A DNA stretch of 32,000 bases, taken from positions 2,065 through 34,064 of the forward strand of contig MNVH01000061.1 in assembly GCA_001871595.1 (NCBI GenBank). The letters are read 5' to 3'. Both the position numbers and the translations under genes were made by a program. How positions within the stretch are numbered: the first letter of the stretch is position 1; each line of letters begins with the position of its first letter. This document shows positions 1 to 8,902 of the stretch, in pieces. This stretch comes from Candidatus Micrarchaeota archaeon CG1_02_55_22 (lineage in GTDB: Archaea > Micrarchaeota > Micrarchaeia > Norongarragalinales > UBA97). The notes beneath the pieces were generated by a model. That model did no database searches, was not told where the DNA came from, and saw only the letters and a program-made list of their open reading frames with translations.

Positions 1-2113
1 CTATCCAGAGGGAGCGCTCGACGTTGGTGCCGTCGGCGTTCCAGTAGTTCCAGCCCTGCTTTTGCAGCGTTGTGTTGTCCGTGTGACTCACGCGGCCGCG
101 CACCGTGATGGAGTCGGCGGTGACGTCGAAAACATACGCGCCTTGGAAGGTGTAGTCGCCGTAGACGTGCACGCCGTCGCTACCTTCAGGGTATTTAGCT
201 GGGTTGACTTCGGCCAGCGTTACGGGCAACACGAGCAACTGTTTTTGCGCGTCGAAGAGAAAAGCGTGGTGGTCGTAGAGCGCGTGCGAGTCGGTGCCGG
301 CATCGCCCAGCGTCAACGACGCGGTTTCCTTCGGAGTGCTTACGTCGGTGACGTCGAAGATGGATATCTTGAGCCCGGTTGGGAAGGCGGTGCCGGTTTC
401 CTCGCCTGCACCGTTCTTGACTGGAATCGCGTCCTTGCCTAGTCCAATCAAGTGGTTCTCGTCTATTGGGTGCAAGTAATTGCTGTAGCCGGGTATCTTG
501 AGTTGTCCCAAGACGCGGGGTTCGGCGGGGTTGGAGAGGTCGATTGCAAACAACGGGTCGAGCTGACGGAACGTGACGAGATACGCGCGGCCGCCCATGA
601 AGCGCGCCGAGTAAATTGTTTCACTCGGCGCAAGGCCTTCAAGGCGACCGACGGTGTTGAGGCCGCGGTCAAGTACAAACACGGCGTTGGTTGAGGGCGT
701 TGGCGAGGCTTTGCTGCGCCATATCTGGTCCGTCGTGGTGGCGAGGCGCAGGTAACCGTTGTGCTCGTCCATGCTGAATTGGTTGAGCGTGCGGCCGGGC
801 ACTTTACCGGTGCCAGCGTACTCTATCGAGTCGCCGAGCGAGAACTTGTTGACTACGGTTTGCTGCGATGATTGCACGCGGTAGTAGTAGTCCTGCTGGA
901 TTTTGTAGACATTCTCCATTATTGTCTCGTAGTCGGTGCGTCCGTCGAGGTAGTCTAGAATGACTTCGAGTTTGATGTTATCCTTGCGCAAGCTGGATAT
1001 GTTGAGTGCTTCGATTGAAGCAATATCACTTGAAACGCTTTCGGGCAACGCGCCGATTGCATCAAGGTAGGGCTGCCACTGCGCATATTCAAAGCCGTAG
1101 CCAGTGTAGACAAGGTAGGCTGCGTCTTGCGAGACGTAGACGTTCTGCGAGTAGCCGGAGAGGACGATTTTACGCGATTCTTGCTGTGATAAGTCGGATG
1201 GGTTGAAGCCTAAAAGCGTGGTGAATTGTTTTCCACCGCAGCCAAGGCACGGAACAAAACTGATGTCGGCCGGTGCGAGCTCGCGCAGGTTGCCGTTGAC
1301 GGCGTAGATGGGCATTGGTAGGCGGCGCGAGGTGCTTGAATAGACGGCGTAGACGGTGCCGTTGATTAGGCGAGCCGCGGTGAGCGAGCCTTGGAAGGTA
1401 ACGTTGCCTTCGTCTTTCGGCGCGGACGGGTCAGAGACGTCGAAGACTTTTGCTACCGAATTGCTTGAGTAGTACGGATAGTAGTCGGGCATGGCAATCA
1501 TCTTCGAGTTTACTGCAGCACCCACGCCGCTTGACGCGGTGTCTTCCTGCGCGATGCCGAGCTTTGTTTCAAGCGGGCGAACTATCGGGTTCCAGTCGTA
1601 GTTGTTGTCCGTGCCAAATGCTACGAGTTTACCGTTGTCGAGGAATAGCGAGTTGTAGTAAATAGAATCGTTTATCGTGTAGAGGAGCTTCGCGTCTGAT
1701 GCAGGGTAGGCTTCAACTATGTTTATTCGCCCTTGCGAGAGCGTGTAAATGTATTTTCCGTCGGTTTTGACTTGGTCGTTCTCGTCGACTCCGGCGACTT
1801 GCACGTTTGTCGAGGAATAACCGGGTGCGGATGTTGCCTGTGGGGCTGGCGCGCTCGAGTCTGTTGCTTTAGCTTCAGCCGTTATCGGCATTGCGCCATC
1901 CATGATTCCGCGTCCGTAAGCGTAAACGTTTGACGACGCGGTAGCGGCAAGGTACGCGGTGACTTCGTCCCACGAGTTGAAGGACTGAAGTCCAGTTCCT
2001 GTTGGCACGGGGGTAGGCGTGGCTGACGGGTTTACAGTATCTTGCACGCACCCTGCAAGGACTACTGCGAACAGCGAGAGAACAACGATTCCAAACAACG
2101 GATAATACCTCAC
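1..2113 (-). CDS. Secreted beta-propeller domain protein (PF09826-like), lipoprotein-type signal; C-terminus lies beyond the window start
   Basis: This edge-truncated minus-strand frame is absent from the ORF track. My translation starts at GTG 2113, preceded by caGGTGGtttta: VRYYPLFGIVVLSLFAVVLAGCVQDT (hydrophobic signal plus LAGC lipobox). It continues with ...RFMGGRAYLVTFRQLDPLFAIDLSNPAEPRVLGQLKIPGYSNYLHPIDENHLIGLG, which matches the conserved core of the beta-propeller domain family as I recall it. All listed plus-strand ORFs in 62..2100 are short shadows. Confidence 0.75.
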   Translation of the reverse strand, partial: MRYYPLFGIVVLSLFAVVLAGCVQDTVNPSATPTPVPTGTGLQSFNSWDEVTAYLAATASSNVYAYGRGIMDGAMPITAEAKATDSSAPAPQATSAPGYSSTNVQVAGVDENDQVKTDGKYIYTLSQGRINIVEAYPASDAKLLYTINDSIYYNSLFLDNGKLVAFGTDNNYDWNPIVRPLETKLGIAQEDTASSGVGAAVNSKMIAMPDYYPYYSSNSVAKVFDVSDPSAPKDEGNVTFQGSLTAARLINGTVYAVYSSTSRRLPMPIYAVNGNLRELAPADISFVPCLGCGGKQFTTLLGFNPSDLSQQESRKIVLSGYSQNVYVSQDAAYLVYTGYGFEYAQWQPYLDAIGALPESVSSDIASIEALNISSLRKDNIKLEVILDYLDGRTDYETIMENVYKIQQDYYYRVQSSQQTVVNKFSLGDSIEYAGTGKVPGRTLNQFSMDEHNGYLRLATTTDQIWRSKASPTPSTNAVFVLDRGLNTVGRLEGLAPSETIYSARFMGGRAYLVTFRQLDPLFAIDLSNPAEPRVLGQLKIPGYSNYLHPIDENHLIGLGKDAIPVKNGAGEETGTAFPTGLKISIFDVTDVSTPKETASLTLGDAGTDSHALYDHHAFLFDAQKQLLVLPVTLAEVNPAKYPEGSDGVHVYGDYTFQGAYVFDVTADSITVRGRVSHTDNTTLQKQGWNYWNADGTNVERSLWI

Positions 2114-2172
2114 TAAAACCACCTGCACTCCTTACGTTGAGCAGAGTTTTTAACTGGTGGGTGGTGTTGAGG

Positions 2173-2179
2173 AAAAAAA
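2173..2179 (-). terminator. Oligo-T (T7 on minus strand) archaeal-type terminator after the ACT-domain gene
   Basis: An A7 run on the plus strand lies 5 nt beyond the stop codon (2185..2187) of the upstream minus-strand gene. Confidence 0.4.
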
Positions 2180-2184
2180 CTGAG

Positions 2185-2865
2185 TTACTTGTTTTGAGGA
2201 TGGCACAGCTCGAAGAGCACGCGGTAGGCGTCGAGTACGTCCTTCTCGTCCAAGAATATGAGCATTTCCGGCACGCAACTCATTATTTCGTACATGTTGA
2301 TTCCGTTGCGTGCCAGTTCGCTTCCGATGACGAGCATTATCCCCGGCGTCTCGACTGCCTTAGGGTGGAGCTTCAAGTCAATCTCGGCAAGGCCCTTGTG
2401 CACGTTAAGGACTATTTTCCTTGGAATCAATTCAAGCATCTTGGGAAGGTTGCGCTCGTCCACGAGAAGCTTGATTGACTCCTCGCCCTGCACGATGCGC
2501 AGCGTCTCGCCCTTCTCGTAGCGCACGAGCCCGAAGAGTTTTGGCAGGACGTCCTGCGCGTCCTGTCCCTTGGACAACGCGATGTTCACGATATGGCTTT
2601 TAGTCGAGAGCGAAGACTGGCCCACCACGTTGCGCGCCGCCTCGTACTGCACGCGCGCCCTGCTCCCCGCAGGGTAACGGCGTACCGACGAGATTATAGC
2701 GTCCTCGGTGCCGCCGATTCCTAGCTTCGAGCAGTACCGCGCCAGCGCCCTGACGTTAATCAAATCTCGGGACAAATCGTGCTGAATCGAGGGGTCGCGG
2801 TCGATGACGCGCCACACTGCCTCGCGGACGCTCCCCGTGCCAAGCCCTCCAATCCTTTTTGTCAT
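2185..2865 (-). CDS. ACT-domain protein with N-terminal HTH-like region (putative amino-acid-binding regulator)
   Basis: 226-aa ORF. The C-terminal GIMLVIGSELARNGINMYEIMSCVPEMLIFLDEKDVLDAYRVLFEL resembles aspartokinase-type ACT repeats. A second ACT-like unit lies upstream (IVNIALSKGQDAQDVLPKLFGLV...). The gene is divergent from leuA, and a TATA-like box sits about 25 nt upstream of the ATG. Confidence 0.55.
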   Translation of the reverse strand: MTKRIGGLGTGSVREAVWRVIDRDPSIQHDLSRDLINVRALARYCSKLGIGGTEDAIISSVRRYPAGSRARVQYEAARNVVGQSSLSTKSHIVNIALSKGQDAQDVLPKLFGLVRYEKGETLRIVQGEESIKLLVDERNLPKMLELIPRKIVLNVHKGLAEIDLKLHPKAVETPGIMLVIGSELARNGINMYEIMSCVPEMLIFLDEKDVLDAYRVLFELCHPQNK

Positions 2866-2877
2866 AAATACGTTATT

Positions 2878-2915
2878 TGTGACAAGTATTTATAATTATT
2901 GTCAATTGTGTCACA
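2878..2915. promoter_or_regulatory. Divergent promoter: TATA-like TATTTATAAT bracketed by inverted repeat TGTGACA / TGTCACA
   Basis: TGTGACA (2878..2884) and TGTCACA (2909..2915) are exact reverse complements. A nested pair, TGACAA (2880..2885) and TTGTCA (2899..2904), also flanks the AT-rich box at 2887..2896. Confidence 0.4.
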
Positions 2916-2960
2916 GGCCATTTAGCTGCTGTCGTTGAAGATGAATGCGGTGGTTTAGAT

Positions 2961-4496
2961 TTGGTAACGGTAGGGACTCGAAAAGTCATTATATTCGACA
3001 CCACGCTTCGGGACGGCGAGCAGTCGCCGGGCGCGTCGATGACGCTTGACGAAAAGGTCGCAGTCGCCCGGCAGCTGTGCCGCCTGGGCGTTGACGTGAT
3101 TGAAGCCGGCTTTCCGGTTGCCTCGCAGGACGACTTTGCGGCGGTGCGGACCATTGCCGGCGAGGCCCGCGGCCCGATAATTGCGGCGCTGTGCCGGGCC
3201 GACCGGAACGACATAACCTGTGCTTGGGAAGCAGTTCGGGGCGCACAAAGGCCGCGCATCCATACCTTTATCGCGACAAGCGACGTGCATCTCGAACACA
3301 AGCTCAGGATGACGCGGCCCGAAGTGCTAGGGCGCATTACCGACTCCGTATCTTTTGCCCGGTCATTGTGCCAAGACGTCGAGTTCAGCGCTGAAGACGC
3401 TTCGCGCAGCGATGAGTCCTTTCTCAAGGCGGCAATCCGGGCGGCGGTAGCTGCCGGAGCGACGACGATTAACATACCGGACACGGTCGGATACAGCCAA
3501 CCGCAAGAGTTTGGCGAACTGGTGAGTGAAATCGTTTCAATGCCCGAAATTACCGCCGGCGGCGTCACGGTGTCGGTCCACTGCCACGACGACTTGGGTC
3601 TGGCCGTGGCCAACTCGCTTGAGGCAATCCGGCGGGGTGCGGGACAGGTGGAATGCACCGTCAACGGCATTGGCGAGCGCGCGGGCAACGCTGCCCTCGA
3701 GGAAGTGGTGATGAACCTGCGCACGCGGGGCGAGTCGTTCGGCGTCCAAACCGGCATTAAAGCAAACGAGTTGTACCAATCAAGCAGGCTGGTAAGCCGC
3801 GTCACCGGCATTGCGGTGCAGCGCAACAAGGCGGTGGTCGGTGCCAACGCGTTCTCTCACGAGGCCGGCATCCACCAGCACGGCATGCTTGCCAACCGCG
3901 CCACTTATGAAATCATGCTGCCGGCAGAAGTGGGGTGGATTGGCGAGGGAATGGTGATTGGCAAGCACAGCGGAAGGCACGCCATCGGTTCGTGCATTAA
4001 GGAGGCGGGCATCACTTTTACAGACGAGCAGCTCGCCCAAGTTGTTTCCAAGGTCAAGTCGCTTGCGGATAGGCAGAAGAGCGTGTCCGCTGAGGAGGTG
4101 GTGGCCATTGCCGAGGGAATGCTTCACGAGGGCGTTGAGCCCGCCTTGCGCGTGGTGGAATACGCCGCGTTCACGGGCAACGGCGCGCCCGCAACCGCGT
4201 CACTTGCCGTGGTTGTCGACGGGCGCACGGTAAAGGCATCGAACCACGGAATAGGCATTGTTGACGCGTCGTTCTCGGCATTGAAAGCGGCGACGGGAAT
4301 TGACGCGCGCCTCGCAGAATACTCGCTCAAAGCCGTTGCCGGCGGGTCGAATGCCTTGGCAGAAGTGACTGTCGCGGTAGAGTCCGGCGGCCGGATTGCA
4401 CGGTCCCGTGGGGTGCACGAGGATGTCGCAGTCGCGTCGCTCAACGCGTTTGTCGCGGCGTTCAACCGGCTTCTGGCATTGAGGGGAATAACATAA
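2961..4496 (+). CDS. leuA: 2-isopropylmalate synthase / citramalate synthase family (LeuA/CimA) with C-terminal regulatory domain
   Basis: FDTTLRDGEQSPG, VHCHDDLGLAVANSL, ECTVNGIGERAGNAALEEVV and SHEAGIHQHG are the HMGL-like/LeuA catalytic motifs. Length is 511 aa with a LeuA-dimer-like tail. TTG start at 2961 is preceded by GGTGG with 6 nt spacing. Confidence 0.9.
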   Translation: MVTVGTRKVIIFDTTLRDGEQSPGASMTLDEKVAVARQLCRLGVDVIEAGFPVASQDDFAAVRTIAGEARGPIIAALCRADRNDITCAWEAVRGAQRPRIHTFIATSDVHLEHKLRMTRPEVLGRITDSVSFARSLCQDVEFSAEDASRSDESFLKAAIRAAVAAGATTINIPDTVGYSQPQEFGELVSEIVSMPEITAGGVTVSVHCHDDLGLAVANSLEAIRRGAGQVECTVNGIGERAGNAALEEVVMNLRTRGESFGVQTGIKANELYQSSRLVSRVTGIAVQRNKAVVGANAFSHEAGIHQHGMLANRATYEIMLPAEVGWIGEGMVIGKHSGRHAIGSCIKEAGITFTDEQLAQVVSKVKSLADRQKSVSAEEVVAIAEGMLHEGVEPALRVVEYAAFTGNGAPATASLAVVVDGRTVKASNHGIGIVDASFSALKAATGIDARLAEYSLKAVAGGSNALAEVTVAVESGGRIARSRGVHEDVAVASLNAFVAAFNRLLALRGIT

Positions 4497-4502
4497 AAGC
4501 GG

Positions 4503-5315
4503 TTGCCGACAAGATATTCAACGAGGATTATGAAGCTTCATCCGAAGATTTTAGGCCTGCTTGAATCCAAACGCCAGGACTTGGCGCAGCTGCCGACAGG
4601 CTACGCTGAAGGCTTGATTGCCAGAATGGACGGCATAAAGCGCAAGCGCGGCGTGTTCAGGAAGGCCATTGCGCGAAACAAGGGCGAGCCAATCCGGTTT
4701 ATTTGCGAGTACAAGCCAGCGAGCCCGTCAAAGGGCGACCTGCCCGCAGCCACGGTTGAGGATACGGTAAAGGCATACGAACGCGGTGGGGCCAGCGCCA
4801 TCTCCGTGCTTACAGAACGACACGTGTTCAAGGGTGGGTTGGAGTTCCTCGAACGCGCTAGGAAGGCTACAAAATTGCCGGTGATGCGCAAGGATTTCAT
4901 CATCGACAAGATTGAATTGCTTGAAGCGCGCGCCTTTGGCGCGGACGCGGTTTTGCTTATTGACGGCATCACCCCGCGCCTTGGTGAATTCATTGCCGAA
5001 GCGGACGCGTTGGGGCTCGACTGCCTCGTTGAATCGTTCGACGCACAGGGCGCCGCGCGTTGCGTTGATGCGGGCGCGAGCATCGTCGGGGTGAACAACC
5101 GCGATTTCGGCGACTTGTCCACGGACTTGTCGCGCGCGGCCAAAGCGTTTAAGGATATTCCGGAAGGAATAGTTTTTGTCGCTGAAAGCGGCGTTGAAAC
5201 GCGCGCTGATGTCGAGCGATATGAAACGCTCGACGTGGACGCGCTGCTTGTAGGCACTGCCCTGATGGAAAGCAGTCAGCCTGAAAGCAAGCTCAAAGAA
5301 CTAAGGGGACAATAA
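4503..5315 (+). CDS. trpC: Indole-3-glycerol-phosphate synthase
   Basis: ICEYKPASPSKG, ISVLTERHVFKGG, LPVMRKDFIID, GADAVLLI, GVNNRD and VAESG match the IGPS TIM-barrel motifs. The start is uncertain: TTG 4503 or ATG 4530. Confidence 0.9.
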   Translation: MPTRYSTRIMKLHPKILGLLESKRQDLAQLPTGYAEGLIARMDGIKRKRGVFRKAIARNKGEPIRFICEYKPASPSKGDLPAATVEDTVKAYERGGASAISVLTERHVFKGGLEFLERARKATKLPVMRKDFIIDKIELLEARAFGADAVLLIDGITPRLGEFIAEADALGLDCLVESFDAQGAARCVDAGASIVGVNNRDFGDLSTDLSRAAKAFKDIPEGIVFVAESGVETRADVERYETLDVDALLVGTALMESSQPESKLKELRGQ

Positions 5316-5318
5316 CCA

Positions 5319-5915
5319 ATGTCTGAAAAAATGATTCTGGGGCGGGGGGGTAAGGCCGCACTGCGCAGGCTAGGCGTCAGCCACCCTGAAGAATTGCGTG
5401 ACCGGATATCCGAGTTTATGCAACCGCCTCACGAGACGCTCAAACCGATTGTTCCCGCCGACATGAACATATCATTCAAGGTGCGCCCGCGGGAAGGAAA
5501 ACCGGTCGTGGTAGAGTTCGCCAGTTCGTCGACGGATTCTTTGCACCGTTTCAATGCGCACCAAGCCATCAACACGGCGCTAAAAGCCGCAGGGCTCGCG
5601 CACCGCGTGGTGCGACCGTTGGCGGCCTCGAAGGGCTTCAACGGAGTATTCGTTGTTGAAGCCGCGCCCGAAGACTACGTTCACGGCCCGCTAGCCGCAC
5701 GCAACCCGGACGTAATGGTCGCGCTCGACGCCGAGATGGCCAATATTGCACGTGCGGTCAAAGAACATGCCGGAAAACATTTCAAGGACTTGGACGCCGG
5801 ACACCAAGGCTCGCGGGAGGACCCGAAGTATTACTCTAACGTCTTCGTCCACCCGGACTTTCCAAGAGTCAATAAACTCGTGCTCATTGACCAAGGCCAC
5901 GCACCCGGAAAGTGA
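5319..5915 (+). CDS. Hypothetical protein embedded between trpC and trpB
   Basis: 198-aa ORF with ATG 3 nt after the trpC stop and its own stop 6 nt before the trpB start. AAGGGGA lies about 10 nt upstream. I recognise no family. Confidence 0.6.
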   Translation: MSEKMILGRGGKAALRRLGVSHPEELRDRISEFMQPPHETLKPIVPADMNISFKVRPREGKPVVVEFASSSTDSLHRFNAHQAINTALKAAGLAHRVVRPLAASKGFNGVFVVEAAPEDYVHGPLAARNPDVMVALDAEMANIARAVKEHAGKHFKDLDAGHQGSREDPKYYSNVFVHPDFPRVNKLVLIDQGHAPGK

Positions 5916-5921
5916 TTTTAG

Positions 5922-7106
5922 TTGAAGAAAGGTTATTTCAGCGATTTTGGGGGCGTGTTCGTCCCGGAGACGCTTATGCCCGCGCTCGTCGAGCTTGAAG
6001 CTGCTTTCGAGTCCGCACGCAAAGACGACGCTTTCCTAGCAGGGCTCGAAAGCGAGTTCAAGTCTTTCGTCGGAAGGCCCACGCCAATCACTTTTGCTCC
6101 ACGCTTGAGCGAAGAACTCGGCTGCGAGTTGTATTTCAAACGCGAAGACTTGTGCCACTCCGGCGCGCACAAGATAAACAACGCCCTCGGCCAAGCCCTG
6201 CTTGCCAAAAAGATGGGTAAAAAACGCGTCATCGCAGAAACGGGCGCGGGACAACACGGCGTCGCGGTTGCAACCGCGGCAGCACGCCTCGGGCTCGAAG
6301 CCGAAATATTTATGGGCGAAGTTGATATGGAGCGGCAGAAGCCCAACGTTTTCCGCATGAAGCTGCACGGCGCTAAAGTCACGCCGGTATCAAGCGGCTC
6401 GAAAACGTTGAAGGACGCGGTCAACGAATGCCTGCGCGAGTGGACTTCGAGCGTTAGAACGACGCACTACTTGCTTGGAAGCGCCTTGGGCCCGCACCCG
6501 TACCCCGAAATGGTCGCGTTCTTTCAGAGCGTCATCGGCCGCGAGGCTAGAAAACAGTTTGCCGAGTCGCCGGGCGGTTTGCCTGACGTAGTCGTGGCGT
6601 GCGTGGGCGGCGGAAGCAATTCAATCGGCATATTCAAAGGATTCCTTGACGAAGCGAGCGTGCGGCTTGTCGGCGTGGAGGCCGGCGGCAGAGGAATAGA
6701 ATCAGGATTGCACGCGGCGCGTTTCTCCGACGCAAAGAAAGGCAGGGTGGGCGTGTTGCACGGTACCAAGTCATTTGTGTTGCAGGACACTGACGGCCAA
6801 ATCGCCGAGACTCATTCGGTGAGCGCGGGGTTGGACTACCCCGCAGTGGGCCCCGAGCACGCCGCGCTGCGCGAAAGCGGCAGGGCAAGGTACGATTACG
6901 CTACCGACACGGAGGCGCTCGCCGCTTTTAAGCTGCTCTCGGAAAAGGAGGGCATCCTTCCCGCGCTGGAGAGCAGCCACGCGCTCGCGTGGGTGGTAAA
7001 GCACGCCAGCGAGCTTGCAGACAAGAGGGTTCTGGTCAACTTGTCCGGCCGGGGGGACAAGGACGTTTTCCACGTTGCCAATGAATTGGGTGAACGAATT
7101 GACTAG
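5922..7106 (+). CDS. trpB: Tryptophan synthase beta chain
   Basis: [49 protein letters not shown] (PLP lysine motif) and [11 protein letters not shown] start is preceded by GGAAAGTGA. Confidence 0.95.
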   Translation: MKKGYFSDFGGVFVPETLMPALVELEAAFESARKDDAFLAGLESEFKSFVGRPTPITFAPRLSEELGCELYFKREDLCHSGAHKINNALGQALLAKKMGKKRVIAETGAGQHGVAVATAAARLGLEAEIFMGEVDMERQKPNVFRMKLHGAKVTPVSSGSKTLKDAVNECLREWTSSVRTTHYLLGSALGPHPYPEMVAFFQSVIGREARKQFAESPGGLPDVVVACVGGGSNSIGIFKGFLDEASVRLVGVEAGGRGIESGLHAARFSDAKKGRVGVLHGTKSFVLQDTDGQIAETHSVSAGLDYPAVGPEHAALRESGRARYDYATDTEALAAFKLLSEKEGILPALESSHALAWVVKHASELADKRVLVNLSGRGDKDVFHVANELGERID

Positions 7107-7116
7107 GTTCGCCTCA

Positions 7117-7911
7117 ATGTTTGAGCGGCTCCGCGGCGAGAAGAAGAAAGCAATCATACCGTTTTTTGTCTTGGGCGACCCCGACGAAGAAACAAGTTTT
7201 GAAGTGCTAAAGGCGGCGATTGACGGGGGCGCCGACGCATTAGAGCTGGGTCTTGCTTTCTCGGACCCAATTGCCGACGGCCCGACGGTACAGGCGGCGG
7301 ACGTTCGCGCGCTCGCGTCTGGAATGAATACCGGCAAAGCGCTTGCGCTAGTCAAACGCGTGCGCGCTTACTCGCCAAAGACCCCGATTGGCTTGCTCGT
7401 TTACTATAACCTCGTATTCCAGCCCGGCGTTGACGCGTTCTGCGCCGCAGCGAAGGAGGCGGGTGTTGACGCGGTGCTTGCAGCCGACGTGCCCGTCGAG
7501 GAAATAACACCGCTAAAGGAGGCGTGCGTCAAGCACGGGCTTGATACCGTGATGCTTGCCGCGTTGACTACGCCGGAAGAAAGGCTCGAACGGATTTTGA
7601 AGGTTGCGTCAGGATACTTGTACGTCGTCTCGGTGTTGGGCGTGACCGGCGCGAGAAAAGACGTGCAGGACGAGACGCTTGAGCTGATTGTAAGGCTGCG
7701 CAAGCGCACGCAGCTTCCGCTCGTCGTGGGCTTCGGCATCTCGACGCCGCAGCAGGCACGGCGCGTGTGCGACGCGGGGGCGGACGGCGCGATAGTGGGC
7801 AGCGCGCTCATCAAGGCATTGCAAGAGCATGCGGGCGATGCCGAGGCTCGTGCCGCCGAGGCGAAGCGGTTCGTGGCAGGGTTGAAGAACGGCTTAAGAC
7901 CAGCGGAATGA
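7117..7911 (+). CDS. trpA: Tryptophan synthase alpha chain
   Basis: MFERLRGEKKKAIIPFFVLGDPD..., ELGLAFSDPIADGPTVQ and GFGISTPQQA. The track ORF opens at 7015 inside trpB. ATG 7117 gives the canonical N-terminus; ATG 7081 is an alternative. Confidence 0.9.
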   Translation: MFERLRGEKKKAIIPFFVLGDPDEETSFEVLKAAIDGGADALELGLAFSDPIADGPTVQAADVRALASGMNTGKALALVKRVRAYSPKTPIGLLVYYNLVFQPGVDAFCAAAKEAGVDAVLAADVPVEEITPLKEACVKHGLDTVMLAALTTPEERLERILKVASGYLYVVSVLGVTGARKDVQDETLELIVRLRKRTQLPLVVGFGISTPQQARRVCDAGADGAIVGSALIKALQEHAGDAEARAAEAKRFVAGLKNGLRPAE

Positions 7912-7959
7912 TTACTGCAAGTTAAGCTTTATTTAGTCCGCTTACTAAAAGAGTCTAAA

Positions 7960-8853
7960 ATGGCGGTACGCGATTCTAGCTGGTTTTCAAGCGCGCTTTA
8001 CTCGGACTTCCCCCGGCACTACCAGACTTTTTCCAGCCTGAACGCGTTCGCCCGGAACCGCCTTTTGCGGGCTTTGCAGGTGCCCCGCGTTCCGGATGAG
8101 AGAGTCAGTGCGTTGGAAGTCGGGCCGGGCTTTAGTCCGATGCTTACGCAGAAAAATTTCGGCCGTTCGACGTTCCTCGACTTTTCCGGATGGTTCACGA
8201 AGCACCTGAAAACGGGATTGGACCGAGTCGCCCCGGAAAGGGCGCGCGAGTACTTGATGGCGGTTAGAAATGTCGGTTGGACGAACCAGCCTCACCTGAA
8301 TAGATTGTACGGCCCGAAGCAGTTGGCGCAGGTCAGAGCCGACGCGCAGGCAAGGCTTGACGCGATGGCCGACTCGGAGGGCCTTGAACCTGAACGGTTC
8401 TCCTTCGTGAAAGGCGACTTGCGCCGCCTTCCGTTCGGGCCCCATGCGTTCCACTTGGCGCTGCTACCCGAAGTACTCACCCACATTGAACCGGAGAAGC
8501 GCGCGGACGCAGTTGCAAGGCTTGCCGACGCGGTGACCCACCGGCTCGTCATCGTCGACCGGCCGCCGCAACCGGGCCTTTTACTCGAACCCGAGCCGGT
8601 AAGAATCATCCGGCCCGAAGCGCCGACCGTAAAGCCGGTGATGTCGGAGCAGGCGGTTGACCCCGAAGAGCTCCGAAGAGTGCTTATAAGCAAGGGCTTC
8701 AGGGTGCGCGTGGAAAGGCACGATTTCAGCCACCTGCCGGAATTCAAGGATACGGAAGGCTATTTCCTGCTTACTGCGGACAGGCGGATGCCAGCGCGGG
8801 TCAGGCGGGGCGTGGCGGGCCGTAAGGTGCGGCGTAGCGGACGAGTGCGCTGA
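7960..8853 (+). CDS. Class I SAM-methyltransferase-like protein with degenerate motif I and a strongly basic C-terminal tail
   Basis: ALEVGPGFSP is motif I-like. FVKGDLRRLPFGPHAFHLALLPEVLTHI is motif II/III-like. The tail is RRMPARVRRGVAGRKVRRSGRVR. A TATA-like CTTTATTTAG lies about 27 nt upstream of the ATG. Confidence 0.55.
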   Translation: MAVRDSSWFSSALYSDFPRHYQTFSSLNAFARNRLLRALQVPRVPDERVSALEVGPGFSPMLTQKNFGRSTFLDFSGWFTKHLKTGLDRVAPERAREYLMAVRNVGWTNQPHLNRLYGPKQLAQVRADAQARLDAMADSEGLEPERFSFVKGDLRRLPFGPHAFHLALLPEVLTHIEPEKRADAVARLADAVTHRLVIVDRPPQPGLLLEPEPVRIIRPEAPTVKPVMSEQAVDPEELRRVLISKGFRVRVERHDFSHLPEFKDTEGYFLLTADRRMPARVRRGVAGRKVRRSGRVR

Positions 8854-8902
8854 CAACGGAACAAATACGCTTTTTACCTGTTGCAGCCCATAATAGTTTA
8901 TT

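Noticed and set aside
62-2100. Several short plus-strand ORFs in the first 2 kb (62..442, 1006..1206, 1450..1665, 1733..1933).
   Set aside because: The minus strand carries one continuous edge-truncated frame with strong beta-propeller-domain motifs and a signal peptide. The plus-strand ORFs are shadows.
2873-3847. Long antisense ORFs opposite well-supported genes: 2873..3847, 4601..5257, 5933..6424, 6771..7355, 9436..10107, 10133..10654, 20058..20552, 22736..23407, 27016..27501 and 30186..30656.
   Set aside because: Each lies fully inside a gene whose sense-strand product carries unmistakable family motifs. Their translations are low-complexity and rich in Ala, Arg, Ser and Pro, which is typical of shadow frames in GC-rich DNA.
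5319-5915. Protein-kinase-like reading of the trp-embedded ORF (GRGGKA as G-loop, SFKV Lys, DLD...N, IDQG as DFG).
   Set aside because: Spacing between the putative elements does not fit the kinase fold: about 40 aa from G-loop to Lys, and 16 aa from Asp to Asn. The resemblance is too weak to report as a call.
7015-7116. Extended trpA start at 7015 (track) or 7081, overlapping trpB.
   Set aside because: The canonical TrpA N-terminus (MFERLRGEKKKAIIPFFVLGDP) begins at ATG 7117, 10 nt after the trpB stop. ATG 7081 cannot be excluded.
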